64,000 nucleotides of DNA from Marinicella sp. (lineage in GTDB: Bacteria > Pseudomonadota > Gammaproteobacteria > Xanthomonadales > Marinicellaceae): NCBI GenBank assembly GCA_965230295.1, contig OZ246001.1:1216001-1280000 (forward strand), read 5' to 3'. A model generated the notes under the pieces. It had not been told where the DNA came from. It was given only the letters and a program-made list of their open reading frames with translations, and searched no databases. Positions 48,567-59,165 of the stretch are shown here, piece after piece. The number at the start of each line of letters is the position of its first letter. The first letter of the stretch is position 1. The translations under genes and the position numbers were made by a program.

Positions 48567-50105
48567 TTATCCAGCTGGATAAACATAGCTGGCTTGTAAC
48601 CCTAAGGGCATACCCAAGCCCCAATAAGCCAACAGGAACAAGGTCCAACCAATCAAAAATGCAATGGAGAATGGAATCATCAGGGCGATCAACGTGCCGA
48701 CCCCGGTGTCTTTAACATATTTCTGACAATACACCACCACCAATGGAAAATATGGCATCAACGGGGTGATGATGTTGGAGCTGGAATCGCCCACACGATA
48801 GGCCGCTTGAGTTAAATCAGGCGAAATGCCTAATTGCATCAGCATCGGTACAAAGATGGGCGCTAATAAGGCCCATTTGCCTGAAGCGGAACCCACAAAT
48901 AGGTTCACAAAAGCTGTTAAGAATATGATCCCAACGATGGTCACGCCACTTGGCAATGCCAGGGATTTCAAAAATTGTGCGCCTTCAATGGCCATCAAGG
49001 CACCCAGATTTGATTGAGCAAAGGCCGCCACAAACAAGGCACAGAAGAACACCATCACCAGATAATAGGACATACCAGACATGGCTTTGGTCATGGCATC
49101 GATCATGTCTTTGGTGTTTTTAAAGGTCCCGGAAACAAAACCATAAACGGCACCAGGAATCCAGAATAGCAAGAAAATCAATGGCACAATCGATTGCATC
49201 ATGGGTGCTTGAAAAACAGCCAACTCACCTTCATACCTCAAAGGAGAATCAGGCGACCAGGCGGCCCAAACCAACAATGCAATACCCACCAACATCACGG
49301 TAGAAGCGATGTAAAAAGATTTTCTTTCAGTACTTGAAATTTCATCCAATTTGGGCAAATCTTCCGTGTCACCATCCATCTTGGTGTCCTTTAAGCGTGG
49401 CTCAATGATCTTGTCCGTGATGTACCAACCCACCAAAATAATAAACAAACTGGAAACAGATGTGAAGAACCAGTTGTTCAATGGATTAACCGCCATATCA
49501 GGCTGGATGATTTGTGCTGCACTTTGGGTGAAACTTTGTAGCAAAGGATCAATTCCTGAGGGCACAAAATTAGCACTGAAACCGCCACTGACCCCTGCGA
49601 ATGCAGCGGCAATACCGGCCAATGGGTGCCTACCCATGGCATAATAAATCACACCTGCCAGAGGAATCACCAATACATAGCCGGCATCTGTCGCCGTGTG
49701 ACTGACAATGGCTACCAATATGATGGTCGGTGTCAACAATGCTTTTGGCGTTCTGCGCAGCATCAGTTTAATCGCGGTATTGATGTAGCCGGAGTGTTCA
49801 GCCACCCCGACACCCATCATGGCTACCAGGACCACGCCCAAAGGTGCAAAGCCGGTGAATGTCGTCACCATGGTTGACAGGAAATTGGCCAAGGCATCAC
49901 CTGTCAACAAATTGTTGATGATAATGGGCCCATCGGTTCGTGGGTCGATGGCACTGAAATCTACGCCTGATAACATCCAGGACAGCACCCAAATCAGCAA
50001 CAAGGCAAATAAGAAAATGATGGCCGGATCGGGTAGTTTGTTACCCACACGTTCTACGGCGTTGAGAAAGCGGGCTACAGCCCCCGGCTTGGTGGTTTCT
50101 GTCAT
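48567..50105 (-). CDS. AbgT family transporter
   Basis: ERVGNKLPDP, GRHPLAG, GVSGGFSAN, YRVGDS. Confidence 0.93.
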   Translation of the reverse strand: MTETTKPGAVARFLNAVERVGNKLPDPAIIFLFALLLIWVLSWMLSGVDFSAIDPRTDGPIIINNLLTGDALANFLSTMVTTFTGFAPLGVVLVAMMGVGVAEHSGYINTAIKLMLRRTPKALLTPTIILVAIVSHTATDAGYVLVIPLAGVIYYAMGRHPLAGIAAAFAGVSGGFSANFVPSGIDPLLQSFTQSAAQIIQPDMAVNPLNNWFFTSVSSLFIILVGWYITDKIIEPRLKDTKMDGDTEDLPKLDEISSTERKSFYIASTVMLVGIALLVWAAWSPDSPLRYEGELAVFQAPMMQSIVPLIFLLFWIPGAVYGFVSGTFKNTKDMIDAMTKAMSGMSYYLVMVFFCALFVAAFAQSNLGALMAIEGAQFLKSLALPSGVTIVGIIFLTAFVNLFVGSASGKWALLAPIFVPMLMQLGISPDLTQAAYRVGDSSSNIITPLMPYFPLVVVYCQKYVKDTGVGTLIALMIPFSIAFLIGWTLFLLAYWGLGMPLGLQASYVYPAG

Positions 50106-50176
50106 GGTGTCCTCCGAAAAAATTCAACCATGGTTATACCCAATTCAAGACTTAGATTCAAGGTAGATTTTCGATT

Positions 50177-50578
50177 CTAAGCACCCAACATAGGCAAGTG
50201 CTTAATTTTATGATAACGCAATGACAAGGCAACACAATGCCTGAATGCTGGCCATGAAACTTTATCTGAGGTTTGAAAAACCATGGCCCGGTTGCCTTCA
50301 AAGGTAAATAAATCAGGATAAATTTCCTTGAATGTCTCGACTAAAGTGGTCTGACAGTTGAAGTAAACTGCATACTGATCAGGATGTTTCACTTTCCAAT
50401 CAAACCTGACGGCACTACCACCTTTGACTCCGTAGCTGGGCTCACCCCATTTCAAAGATTCAAGAAGTTTGAGACCTTGCTCCTCTGCAGCGAGAAAAAT
50501 TTGTTCCCTGATTTGCAACAACAATGGGGCCACTTCAACCGGGTAGCTTGCCATTTTATTTTTAACGGCTTGCTCCAT
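50177..50578 (-). CDS. DUF1801 domain protein
   Basis: ESLKWGEPSY, YFNCQTTL, FEGNRA. Confidence 0.85.
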   Translation of the reverse strand: MEQAVKNKMASYPVEVAPLLLQIREQIFLAAEEQGLKLLESLKWGEPSYGVKGGSAVRFDWKVKHPDQYAVYFNCQTTLVETFKEIYPDLFTFEGNRAMVFQTSDKVSWPAFRHCVALSLRYHKIKHLPMLGA

Positions 50579-50585
50579 CTTTACT

Positions 50586-51080
50586 CTAGGGCCTGTTAAC
50601 AGGTCCTAGATACTGGGCTGCCGTAATGAACTGGTTAAACGATTCACACCAGACGATCACAGTGTTGTATTGAGTAATGTCTATGTTTGCATCCACATCA
50701 ACCACGAAGTTTTCAAAGGTTTTGATATCGCCCACTTGTACCATGGTGTTTTTCAATCGCTTAAAATCTGCCTCTGTCTCAACAAACTCTGGGGAAAGGT
50801 ACAATTTATAATCCGGCCCAGGGGAAATACGACCCATGAACGTAATGTACTGATCACCCACAGTCACTTGACCTTCGCCTTGATGCAGGAAATCGCTGTC
50901 CTGTAAATCTTTTTTAAATTCAGCCGTGTATCTCGCAGCCGCTGACATGTTGCGGATCTCCGTGGCCTCTGGTGCTTGAGGCGCTGTCAGAATCGGCAAG
51001 GCATATATACCAGCAGCAAAACCAAACGCACCCACCACAGTATGGGTAATCAATAGAACGATCAATGTTTTTAATTTCAT
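50586..51080 (-). CDS. DM13 domain protein
   Basis: GPDYKLYLS, VIVWCESF. Confidence 0.88.
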   Translation of the reverse strand: MKLKTLIVLLITHTVVGAFGFAAGIYALPILTAPQAPEATEIRNMSAAARYTAEFKKDLQDSDFLHQGEGQVTVGDQYITFMGRISPGPDYKLYLSPEFVETEADFKRLKNTMVQVGDIKTFENFVVDVDANIDITQYNTVIVWCESFNQFITAAQYLGPVNRP

Positions 51081-51166
51081 AAAGGCCTCCGCTTGTTCAT
51101 TGAGTACAAGACCAAAAACCACATCTTGGCTTTCATTAAATCTTAAATATCTGTATTCTGATTAAC

Positions 51167-51421
51167 TCAGGACTTATTCGCTTGTGCCTGAATTTTGGCC
51201 ATAATCTCATTGAGTTTGGCTTGCATGGCAGCATCCACTTCATCAGGTTTGATTCTGGATATGATGTTATTCAAAACGCGAATTTCATTGTGATCAATCA
51301 CCCCATCTTTTTCTGCAATGTCTAAAATTTTTCCTAGTTCATCTGCATCCAACTTACCATCATTGCTGAAACATTCAATGGAGCGGAATGACATTTCTAA
51401 ATAATCTCTGGGTTCTTTCAT
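51167..51421 (-). CDS. small hypothetical protein (EF-hand-like)
   Basis: NDGKLDADEL, KDGVIDHNE; GAGG RBS. Confidence 0.7.
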   Translation of the reverse strand: MKEPRDYLEMSFRSIECFSNDGKLDADELGKILDIAEKDGVIDHNEIRVLNNIISRIKPDEVDAAMQAKLNEIMAKIQAQANKS

Positions 51422-51433
51422 AATTTCCTCTAT

Positions 51434-51955
51434 TTAATCTTCGGGTAGCCTGTGGGTCATGCCGCGAGCAAAACGCCACTGCCCTTGACCATCCTTTTGT
51501 AACACCGAAAAGGCGCGTTGCTTACTGATGCGGATTTCACCGGTGGTTTTTTGTGTCAATTTGTTCACTTCAAGCCCACGAATAAATGCCCATTCACCAG
51601 TAATGATCAACTCCTTACATTGATAATCCTGTTGCATGCTGTATTCTGCCAAAAATGGTTCAAAGGCTGCCACTAAGGCATCACGACCTATCAATGGTGC
51701 GGCTTCATGGGTCCAGAATTCTGCCTGTTCAGTAACCATCGCAGCTAATGTCGTAAGGTCTTCTTGTAGTACAGCAGTTTTCCAGTTTCGCAGCAATCGT
51801 TCGATGGCCTTGCGGTCATCCTCTTTTTGGGCAGAATCAGCAGCCTTATCAACTGGGCATATTGAATCATCAAGAACATCAGACCCCAATTGATCCGCAT
51901 GAATCTGAGTAGATCCAAGAATAAGCAAACAAAACCATGTTGAATCACACTTCAT
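51434..51955 (-). CDS. NTF2-like (SgcJ/EcaC, DUF4440) protein
   Basis: AIERLLRNWKTA, GRDAL, GQWRFAR. Confidence 0.8.
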   Translation of the reverse strand: MKCDSTWFCLLILGSTQIHADQLGSDVLDDSICPVDKAADSAQKEDDRKAIERLLRNWKTAVLQEDLTTLAAMVTEQAEFWTHEAAPLIGRDALVAAFEPFLAEYSMQQDYQCKELIITGEWAFIRGLEVNKLTQKTTGEIRISKQRAFSVLQKDGQGQWRFARGMTHRLPED

Positions 51956-52046
51956 CTCATGTGTTAATCTTGTATTTGATATCTATTTTATCGTTTTATA
52001 TCGACAGGTGTGAATAATATTTCAAACCCAAAGACAACAGGTTTGG

Positions 52047-52478
52047 CTACCTACTCTGCTCTGCCACAATCGCCTCAACTTCAACTTCTAAAATCAGCTC
52101 AGGCAAGAACAAACCTTTGACCTCAAACCAACTGGCAGCCGGGTACTGACCTTCTGGGTAGTATTTTTTACGTGTGGCTATTTGCGCTTTCATCGCTGCC
52201 ATATCGGTTGTAAACAACAACTCTTTGACCACCAAACCCATGGAAGAGCCGTGTTGTTGTAGGATGTATTGCAAGTTGGTGTAGACTTTGTCCACCGCTT
52301 GTTCCATGTCTGGCCCAGCCGCAGAAATGCCAGAAATATACAAATGATCGCCATGCTGTACCACCTGGGTGTAACCGATTTGTTTTTCAAAAGAGGCCAC
52401 ATGGGTTCTCTTGATGGTGGCTGGAGACGAACAGGCCATGAGGCCCAATGTGATGGTAATTAAACTGATGATTTTCAT
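52047..52478 (-). CDS. RidA family protein with lipoprotein signal
   Basis: MKIISLITITLGLMAC; GYTQVV, LYISG, LEVEVEA. Confidence 0.85.
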   Translation of the reverse strand: MKIISLITITLGLMACSSPATIKRTHVASFEKQIGYTQVVQHGDHLYISGISAAGPDMEQAVDKVYTNLQYILQQHGSSMGLVVKELLFTTDMAAMKAQIATRKKYYPEGQYPAASWFEVKGLFLPELILEVEVEAIVAEQSR

Positions 52479-52719
52479 GGTTGGGTACTCATATGATAAC
52501 GACTCAAACATCTTACGCTTATCCACTTCGTTCATCATGTCCCAAAAGTCTAGGGCTTGAAAAAAACCACACCACTGCAAACAAACAATCATATGGGTGA
52601 TGTTGTTGAAAAACCAAGGCACTGCTGTAGCAAGGGTCGACGGAAGTCGACCACCCATTCAAATCTTGCTACAGTCTTACAAGCCCATTAGAATGGATGC
52701 TTTTTCAGTGGACACCATC

Positions 52720-53934
52720 ATGGACATCAATTGGGTCAGACAACAATTTCCTGCTTTGCAGCACAGTGACATGATATTTATGGACAATGCCGGCGGTTCA
52801 CAGACCGTGTGTCATGCGATGGATGCCATCACCGAATACCTGACCCACTATGATGTGCAACTGGGCGCCAGTTATGCCACTTCGGCCACCGCAGCCAAAA
52901 AACTGGAACAAGCCACCCAAGCGATCCAAACCTATGTCAATGCCGAGCACCTTGAGGAAGTGATTGTGGGTCCCAGCAGCACCGCTTTGGTGCGGATTCT
53001 GAGTTTATGTTTGGCACAAGGCTGGCAAGCCGGCGATGAAATCATCATCACCGACGTGGACCATGAAACCAACCGCTCTGCTTGGTTGGCATTACAGCAA
53101 CAAGGCATTGTCATCAAAACCTGGCACATCCGACCCCATAGTTTAGAGTTACATGTCGATGATTTATTGGTCTTGATGACCAATAAAACACGTTTGGTGT
53201 GCTTCACCCATGTTTCCAACATTTTAGGCACCATCAACCCAATTAAACAATGGACTCAGTTGGTCCATGAGCATGGCGCCCAAGTTTGCGTTGATGGTGT
53301 GGCTTATGCCCCACATCGGTTGATTGATGTACAAGAATGGGATGTGGATTACTACTATTTCAGCACTTACAAAACTTTTGGACCTCACCAAGCTGTGATG
53401 TTTGGCAAACTCGAATTACTCAAATCATTGCCCGGCATCAACCATTCTTTTATCCAGAGCATCCCCTATAAATTTCAACCTGGCAATGTCAACTATGAGC
53501 TGTGTTACGCCATGGGTGCGGTGGTGCAGTATCTAAGTGAATTGGGGTCCGGAATCACCAACGCCGAGATCAACCGTGATAACCTTGCCTGCGCCTATGC
53601 AAAAGTTGCCAACCATGAGGCGCTGTTATTGCAAAAACTTTTGGATTATCTGTCATCTGTTCCCGAGATTAAGATCACAGGTATTGCCGACAGTGATCCC
53701 ACACAACGCGTGGCCACCTTGTCAATTGTGCATGAATCATTAAACTCCCATGCCATTGTCGAACACGTAGATCAATTCAACATTGGCATACGGTTTGGTG
53801 ATTTTTACGCCGTTGAATTGATTGATAATCTGGGTCTAAGAAACAAACACGGCGTGGTCAGAATCAGTTTGGCGCATTACAACACCCAAGATGAGGTGGA
53901 TGCGTTGATTGAGGCACTGAAATCTATCCTATGA
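52720..53934 (+). CDS. cysteine desulfurase-like aminotransferase class V
   Basis: MDNAGGSQ, DGVAYAPH, STYKTFGPH, RISLAHYN. Confidence 0.9.
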   Translation: MDINWVRQQFPALQHSDMIFMDNAGGSQTVCHAMDAITEYLTHYDVQLGASYATSATAAKKLEQATQAIQTYVNAEHLEEVIVGPSSTALVRILSLCLAQGWQAGDEIIITDVDHETNRSAWLALQQQGIVIKTWHIRPHSLELHVDDLLVLMTNKTRLVCFTHVSNILGTINPIKQWTQLVHEHGAQVCVDGVAYAPHRLIDVQEWDVDYYYFSTYKTFGPHQAVMFGKLELLKSLPGINHSFIQSIPYKFQPGNVNYELCYAMGAVVQYLSELGSGITNAEINRDNLACAYAKVANHEALLLQKLLDYLSSVPEIKITGIADSDPTQRVATLSIVHESLNSHAIVEHVDQFNIGIRFGDFYAVELIDNLGLRNKHGVVRISLAHYNTQDEVDALIEALKSIL

Positions 53935-53954
53935 TGAAACACAGCATGAATCAT

Positions 53955-54014
53955 GTTCACTGCGACTCCGCTCAGTGAACGTATTACTTACCGTTGGCTG
54001 AGCGGAGTCGAAGC
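53955..54014. repeat. inverted pair CGACTCCGCTCAG / CTGAGCGGAGTCG (REP-like)
   Basis: Same core as 9581-9624; lies between convergent genes. Confidence 0.85.
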
Positions 54015-54117
54015 CCAATCCGTGGGTAACAAAATATAGACAGCACAAAGTGAGAACTCAGATAGTCATCAAATAAAAGTCATATCCTTGTGCCTGCGGC
54101 TATTGGCTGCATCAACT

Positions 54118-54146
54118 GGATCTCCGGGTCAAGTCCGAAGATGACG
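54118..54146. repeat. GGATC..GGGTCAAG.CCG..GATGAC palindromic repeat remnant
   Basis: ggatctccgggtcaagtccgaagatgac; resembles the GTCAT/ATGAC-ended repeats near 31.3-31.5 kb. Confidence 0.5.
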
Positions 54147-54166
54147 GTGGCAAGAATGAGAAATTT

Positions 54167-57100
54167 CTACAATGATTTAAACGCCTGCTTTAGCCGCTTC
54201 ACCGATACTTTCTGTTTGGTGCCTAAACTTTGCGCAAACAAAGAAACCCGCAATTCTTCCAGCAACATCAAGAAATCTTGATGGTCAGAGGTGAATTCAT
54301 CCATTTGGTCACAATAGTCATAAAATGGCTTACTGATCTGGCTCAATTCTTTGAGTTTCTCAGCTTCTTTAGGCGGTGAATGTAAGGCTGTTTCCAATCG
54401 CATGGCCAGACCATTGAAATAACGGCTGTAATTTTCCAAATCAGCCATCCTCACATGGTGGACAAAATCAGCATAGACCAGATAATCCAATTGGTATTGC
54501 ATGTCGTTGTAACTGGCTGCTGTCAACAGTTCGCTTTTTTTTTCAACCTGTTGCCAAATGGCATACCACTGTTGAATCACTGGTGCCAACTTTTGGGACC
54601 ATTCATAGGTGATTTTGTACAAATTTTTATTCAAATCATCGGCCAATTGATCGAACTGCTGCTGGTTACCAATCCATTCAAAAGCAGTGATGTGCTTTTC
54701 CAACAATGAATCAATCAACTCATCAATCAACTTGTGATCACTGCCCAATGCGTTCCAAGCCATTTCTGCTTTCAAATTAATTTGTACTTTTTGAGCCTGT
54801 TTGATGATTTTTGGGTATTTGATGCTGAGCAAGCGCTTAATTCCCTGAATGTGTCTCAATTCAGCCTGATGGACATTCTCGAATAGCCTTAATCCAACCT
54901 GATCGCCTTGATCGACGATGGCCTGATAAGCAAGCAAACCATTGTCCAACTGCGTTTCCTGAGACAATTCACCAAACACCCAATCTCTGGCGCCATCCAC
55001 TTTTTTTGCTTTCGATGCCGTTTTCTGAAAGCTCCGGTTGGCCTTGCGACTGAAATCATCCAACAAGGCGTTGAAGTCCCGACCACTTTTCAACACTTTT
55101 TTGTTGTTGTCATAAACCACATAACGAAACTTCAGGTGATCATCCAAGACTGTGGATTGCCAATCTTCAAGCTGAGTTTGTAAACCGTTTTTGCGAAACA
55201 CCCATTGCACAACTTGTTGATAAAACTCGACACTGTGGTCCAAAGAATCACTGAGCACTTCGGCATATTCTTTGATGGGAAACAACCCGCGACGAATGCT
55301 TTTCGGCAAACCTTTGATCAACATTTCTAATTTTTCAGGTAACAAGCCCGGCACTAAATATTCAAAATCATTGGCATTCAAAGCATTCAACCAGGGCAAC
55401 TGAATATGTGCTGTAACACCATCTGTTTCACTGCCAGGTTGAAATTCATAACTTAATTTCAAAGTCAGGTTACGAATGGTCATTTCTTCTGGAAACAGTT
55501 CAGCACGATCCTTGGGTGCTTGTCGCATATACAAATCATCATCACTGAATTTCAGTGCATGGTCACCCTGTTTGGCTACCCATTTTCTGAGTTGTACTTC
55601 AGAATAAATATCGGCAGGAATAATTGCATCGTATAAGTCGTATAAAGTACCTGGATCGATCAATAAATCCTTTTTGCGATGCCGGTCTTCTTCAGCTTGA
55701 ATGGCGGCGATTGATTTGGCGTTGTGATGGAAAAATGCCATGCGGGTGTTCATGTGCTGTTCCACCAGTGCTTGGCTGATGAACAAATGACGTGATGTTT
55801 TGGGGTCTTTAGGGCCATAGTGAATTTGGTGCTTCTCACTCAACACCAAACCCAACATCACACTGCGCTGATAACCCATCACAGTACCGTGTTTTTTCGA
55901 CCAAAATGGATCGTAATGCGATTTTTTGATCAAATGCCGCCCCACATCGTTGATCCACATGACATCCAAATCGGCCACCATCCGAGCAAACACCTGGCTG
56001 GTATGAACAATTTGTCCCGCCAAGATCCATTTGGGGTGGGTCCCGTACAAGCCTGAGCCCGGAAAAATCAGGAATTTTTTATTCCTGGTCCCCAAATATT
56101 CCCGATCCGATTGCTGCATACCAACGTGTGAAATGAAACCTGACAACAAGGCCTTATGGATTTGTTCATAATTGGCTTGTTGATCGGTGATGATCATTTT
56201 TTGGCGTTTGACCAATGCAGCTAACTGGCGGTTCACATCACGCCACTCCATATAGCGTTTGATCGATATAAAATTATCACGGCACCATTGTTTAAAGCCT
56301 TTATTTTTTAGCTTGCTGCGCTGTTTATTCAGGTGATTCCACAGCTTCAGCAAGGCCATAAAGTCTGATTTCTCATGGTTGTATTTCTGGTGCGCCTTAT
56401 CTGCCGCCTGTGACCACTCCAAAGGCCGTTCTCTGGGGTCCTGAATCGACAAACCCGCAACAATGACCAGCAGGTCTTTTAAACAACCCAAACCATTGGC
56501 TTTGATCAAAATCCTGCCAAGCTGAACATCAATGGGCAAATGAGCCATCATCCGCCCAGTTTTGGTCAGTTGTTGACCTTCATCCAATGCTTCGAGTTCT
56601 ATCAACAACTGATAGCCATCATTGATCATTTTAAAATCAGGTTGATCAATGAATGGAAACTCGGTCAGGTGACCCAAGTTCAACACATGGGTTTGTAAAA
56701 TCACTGAGGCCAATGAAGTGCGCAAAATCTCAGCGTCGGTGTGTTCAGGTCGACTTTCAAAATCCTGTTCGGCATATAACCTGAAACAATGGCCATCTGC
56801 AATCCGACCACAGCGACCCATGCGCTGATTGGCACTGTCTTGTGCAATCGCTTCAATCTGCAAGCCTTGAATTTTACTGCGGGCTGAATACCGACTGATG
56901 CGTGCCAGGCCCGAATCTATGACATAGTGAATACGTGGCACCGTCAATGAAGTTTCTGCCACATTGGTGGACAAAATCACTCGCCGCTTGTTGCCTGGTT
57001 TAAATATTCGCATCTGATCTGTAGCGGTTAAGCGGGCGTACAATTTAAGTATTTCTGTGTTGGGCAAATGCTTGCGTTGTAATTGATCTGCCGCATCATT

Positions 57101-57973
57101 GATTTCTCTCTCACCTGGCAAAAACACCAACACGTCACCTTCACCACTCATGGCATAAATTTCATCAATGGCACGGATGATGCCTTGGTTCAACTCCAGA
57201 TTGTTTTCTTCTAAAGGTCGATAGTGAGCCGTGACTGGATAAGAACGACCACTGACATTGATGATCGGTGCATTATTGAAGTGTTTTGAAAATTTGTCGG
57301 TATCAATGGTTGCTGAAGTGATGATCACTTTCAAATCAGATCTTTGGCTGATCAATTGCTTGATAAAACCCAGTAAAAAATCAATGTTTAAACTGCGCTC
57401 ATGGGCTTCATCAATGATAATGGTGTCGTAGTCATTGAGGAACTTGTCTCGCAAGGTTTGTTGCAACAAAATTCCATCAGTCATGAATCGAACATAACCA
57501 TCCGGACTGAACTTTTCATCGAAACGCACCTGATAACCAACCGCTTGTCCCAACGGTACATTGATTTCATCAGCCACTCGCTGGGCCACTGACTTGGCGG
57601 CAATCCGTCGCGGTTGTGTGCAGGCAATTTGACCAGCCACACCCAATCCTGCCTGTAAACATATCTTCGGGATTTGGGTTGTTTTTCCAGAGCCTGTTTC
57701 TCCGGCGATGATGGTCACTTGATGAGCCTGGATGGTTTTTTTTATTGTTTCAGCCTGCTGACTGATGGGCAGTTCGGGGGCCAATTCGACTTTGGGTGCT
57801 TGTTCTCTTCGCAGCTCACAAGTTTGTTGCGATTGTGTTAACGCCTCCAGTGCTTGGCTCAAGAATTTGGGTTGCTTTTTGGCTTTGTTGAGTTGGTTCT
57901 TTAAGCGATGTTGGTCTTTGGCCAGCACATGACCAGGCAATTGCGTTATCAGTTTATCTAGATCGACCTGCAC
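54167..57973 (-). CDS. hrpA: ATP-dependent RNA helicase HrpA
   Basis: GETGSGKTTQ, DEAHERS, SAT, QRMGRCGR, EELRVSLFAQ. Confidence 0.96.
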   Translation of the reverse strand: MQVDLDKLITQLPGHVLAKDQHRLKNQLNKAKKQPKFLSQALEALTQSQQTCELRREQAPKVELAPELPISQQAETIKKTIQAHQVTIIAGETGSGKTTQIPKICLQAGLGVAGQIACTQPRRIAAKSVAQRVADEINVPLGQAVGYQVRFDEKFSPDGYVRFMTDGILLQQTLRDKFLNDYDTIIIDEAHERSLNIDFLLGFIKQLISQRSDLKVIITSATIDTDKFSKHFNNAPIINVSGRSYPVTAHYRPLEENNLELNQGIIRAIDEIYAMSGEGDVLVFLPGEREINDAADQLQRKHLPNTEILKLYARLTATDQMRIFKPGNKRRVILSTNVAETSLTVPRIHYVIDSGLARISRYSARSKIQGLQIEAIAQDSANQRMGRCGRIADGHCFRLYAEQDFESRPEHTDAEILRTSLASVILQTHVLNLGHLTEFPFIDQPDFKMINDGYQLLIELEALDEGQQLTKTGRMMAHLPIDVQLGRILIKANGLGCLKDLLVIVAGLSIQDPRERPLEWSQAADKAHQKYNHEKSDFMALLKLWNHLNKQRSKLKNKGFKQWCRDNFISIKRYMEWRDVNRQLAALVKRQKMIITDQQANYEQIHKALLSGFISHVGMQQSDREYLGTRNKKFLIFPGSGLYGTHPKWILAGQIVHTSQVFARMVADLDVMWINDVGRHLIKKSHYDPFWSKKHGTVMGYQRSVMLGLVLSEKHQIHYGPKDPKTSRHLFISQALVEQHMNTRMAFFHHNAKSIAAIQAEEDRHRKKDLLIDPGTLYDLYDAIIPADIYSEVQLRKWVAKQGDHALKFSDDDLYMRQAPKDRAELFPEEMTIRNLTLKLSYEFQPGSETDGVTAHIQLPWLNALNANDFEYLVPGLLPEKLEMLIKGLPKSIRRGLFPIKEYAEVLSDSLDHSVEFYQQVVQWVFRKNGLQTQLEDWQSTVLDDHLKFRYVVYDNNKKVLKSGRDFNALLDDFSRKANRSFQKTASKAKKVDGARDWVFGELSQETQLDNGLLAYQAIVDQGDQVGLRLFENVHQAELRHIQGIKRLLSIKYPKIIKQAQKVQINLKAEMAWNALGSDHKLIDELIDSLLEKHITAFEWIGNQQQFDQLADDLNKNLYKITYEWSQKLAPVIQQWYAIWQQVEKKSELLTAASYNDMQYQLDYLVYADFVHHVRMADLENYSRYFNGLAMRLETALHSPPKEAEKLKELSQISKPFYDYCDQMDEFTSDHQDFLMLLEELRVSLFAQSLGTKQKVSVKRLKQAFKSL

Positions 57974-57983
57974 AGTTCAGCAT

Positions 57984-59165
57984 TCAGCTTTTGGCTGGAC
58001 TTGTAGGCATCTCTTTGATGTAAACATCTTGTTTGGCATAGGGGATTTCAATGCCAGCCGCATTGAATGCATCATAAACCTGCATATGTAACTCATGTCT
58101 GATGCGTCCACGCAATACCGGTTCGGGTATCCATGCCAATAACTCAAAATCCAAAGAAGATGGGCCAAAGGCACGCATCCTGACTCTGGGTGCTGGATCT
58201 TTCACCAATTCCTGGTGATCCGCAGCGACTTGCTGAAGCACTTCACATACTTGCTCAACATCAGATCCATAAGCAGCGCCGACTTTGACTCGAATGCGAC
58301 TTTTTTCCCAACGCCCTGAGCTTTCATTGATGATTTTCGCATTACCTATGACATTATTGGGTATGGTAATTTCAATGTCATCACGGGTTAACAGTCGAGT
58401 GGAGCGCATACCCACATGAGTCACCATGCCACGTTCACCTGAGTCCAGATTGACAAAATCTCCCACTTTATAAGGTGTATCAGCAATGATAAAGAACCCT
58501 GAGAATAAATTGGCCAAGGTGTCTTTGGCCGCAAAACCAACAGCGATACCAATCACCCCGGCAGAGGCCAGCCAAGCGGTTGGGTTGATGCCCCAGATGA
58601 TCAATAAAATGTATGAGCCCAAGCCGATCAACAATATTTTGCCAATCAACTCAAACAGCGGAATGGTTTTCGGTTGCACGATTTCAAACCGTTCTTTGAA
58701 CCTGGACAGGGTGGACAACAAAATGTGCAGCACTTTAAAGCCACGCATCATCCAACTGAGTACCAGAATACTGGCCAAAATTCTGATCAGGTTGCTTTCA
58801 AAGCCTTTTGATAACCCTATGGTCTTGACCGCCACCCCCAAAAAGAAAAAGAAGATGGTTAAAAAGAATGGCTTACGCAACACTGCAATGAGTTGATCAT
58901 CGACATCGCTTTTGGTTCGCTTGGCAATTTGTGACAGGCTTTTGGTGAACACCATCAACCCAATTTTCGCCACCACGTAGCCAAGCGCCACGATCAAAGC
59001 AAACCCCAACAATGGGATGGCTTGGATTTGTTCCCAGTAAGGCTGCCAAGAGTCTGGCAAATATGAAGACAGGTTATTGATGGCCAAGGTCACATCGCTC
59101 ACTGGAGCAGGATCAACCACCGGATCAGATTGTATGTTTGCTGCTACATTAACCCCCATGATCAA
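57984..59165 (-). CDS. small-conductance mechanosensitive channel (MscS family)
   Basis: GIAVGFAAKDTLANL, GMRSTRL, GIEIPY. Confidence 0.92.
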   Translation of the reverse strand: MIMGVNVAANIQSDPVVDPAPVSDVTLAINNLSSYLPDSWQPYWEQIQAIPLLGFALIVALGYVVAKIGLMVFTKSLSQIAKRTKSDVDDQLIAVLRKPFFLTIFFFFLGVAVKTIGLSKGFESNLIRILASILVLSWMMRGFKVLHILLSTLSRFKERFEIVQPKTIPLFELIGKILLIGLGSYILLIIWGINPTAWLASAGVIGIAVGFAAKDTLANLFSGFFIIADTPYKVGDFVNLDSGERGMVTHVGMRSTRLLTRDDIEITIPNNVIGNAKIINESSGRWEKSRIRVKVGAAYGSDVEQVCEVLQQVAADHQELVKDPAPRVRMRAFGPSSLDFELLAWIPEPVLRGRIRHELHMQVYDAFNAAGIEIPYAKQDVYIKEMPTSPAKS

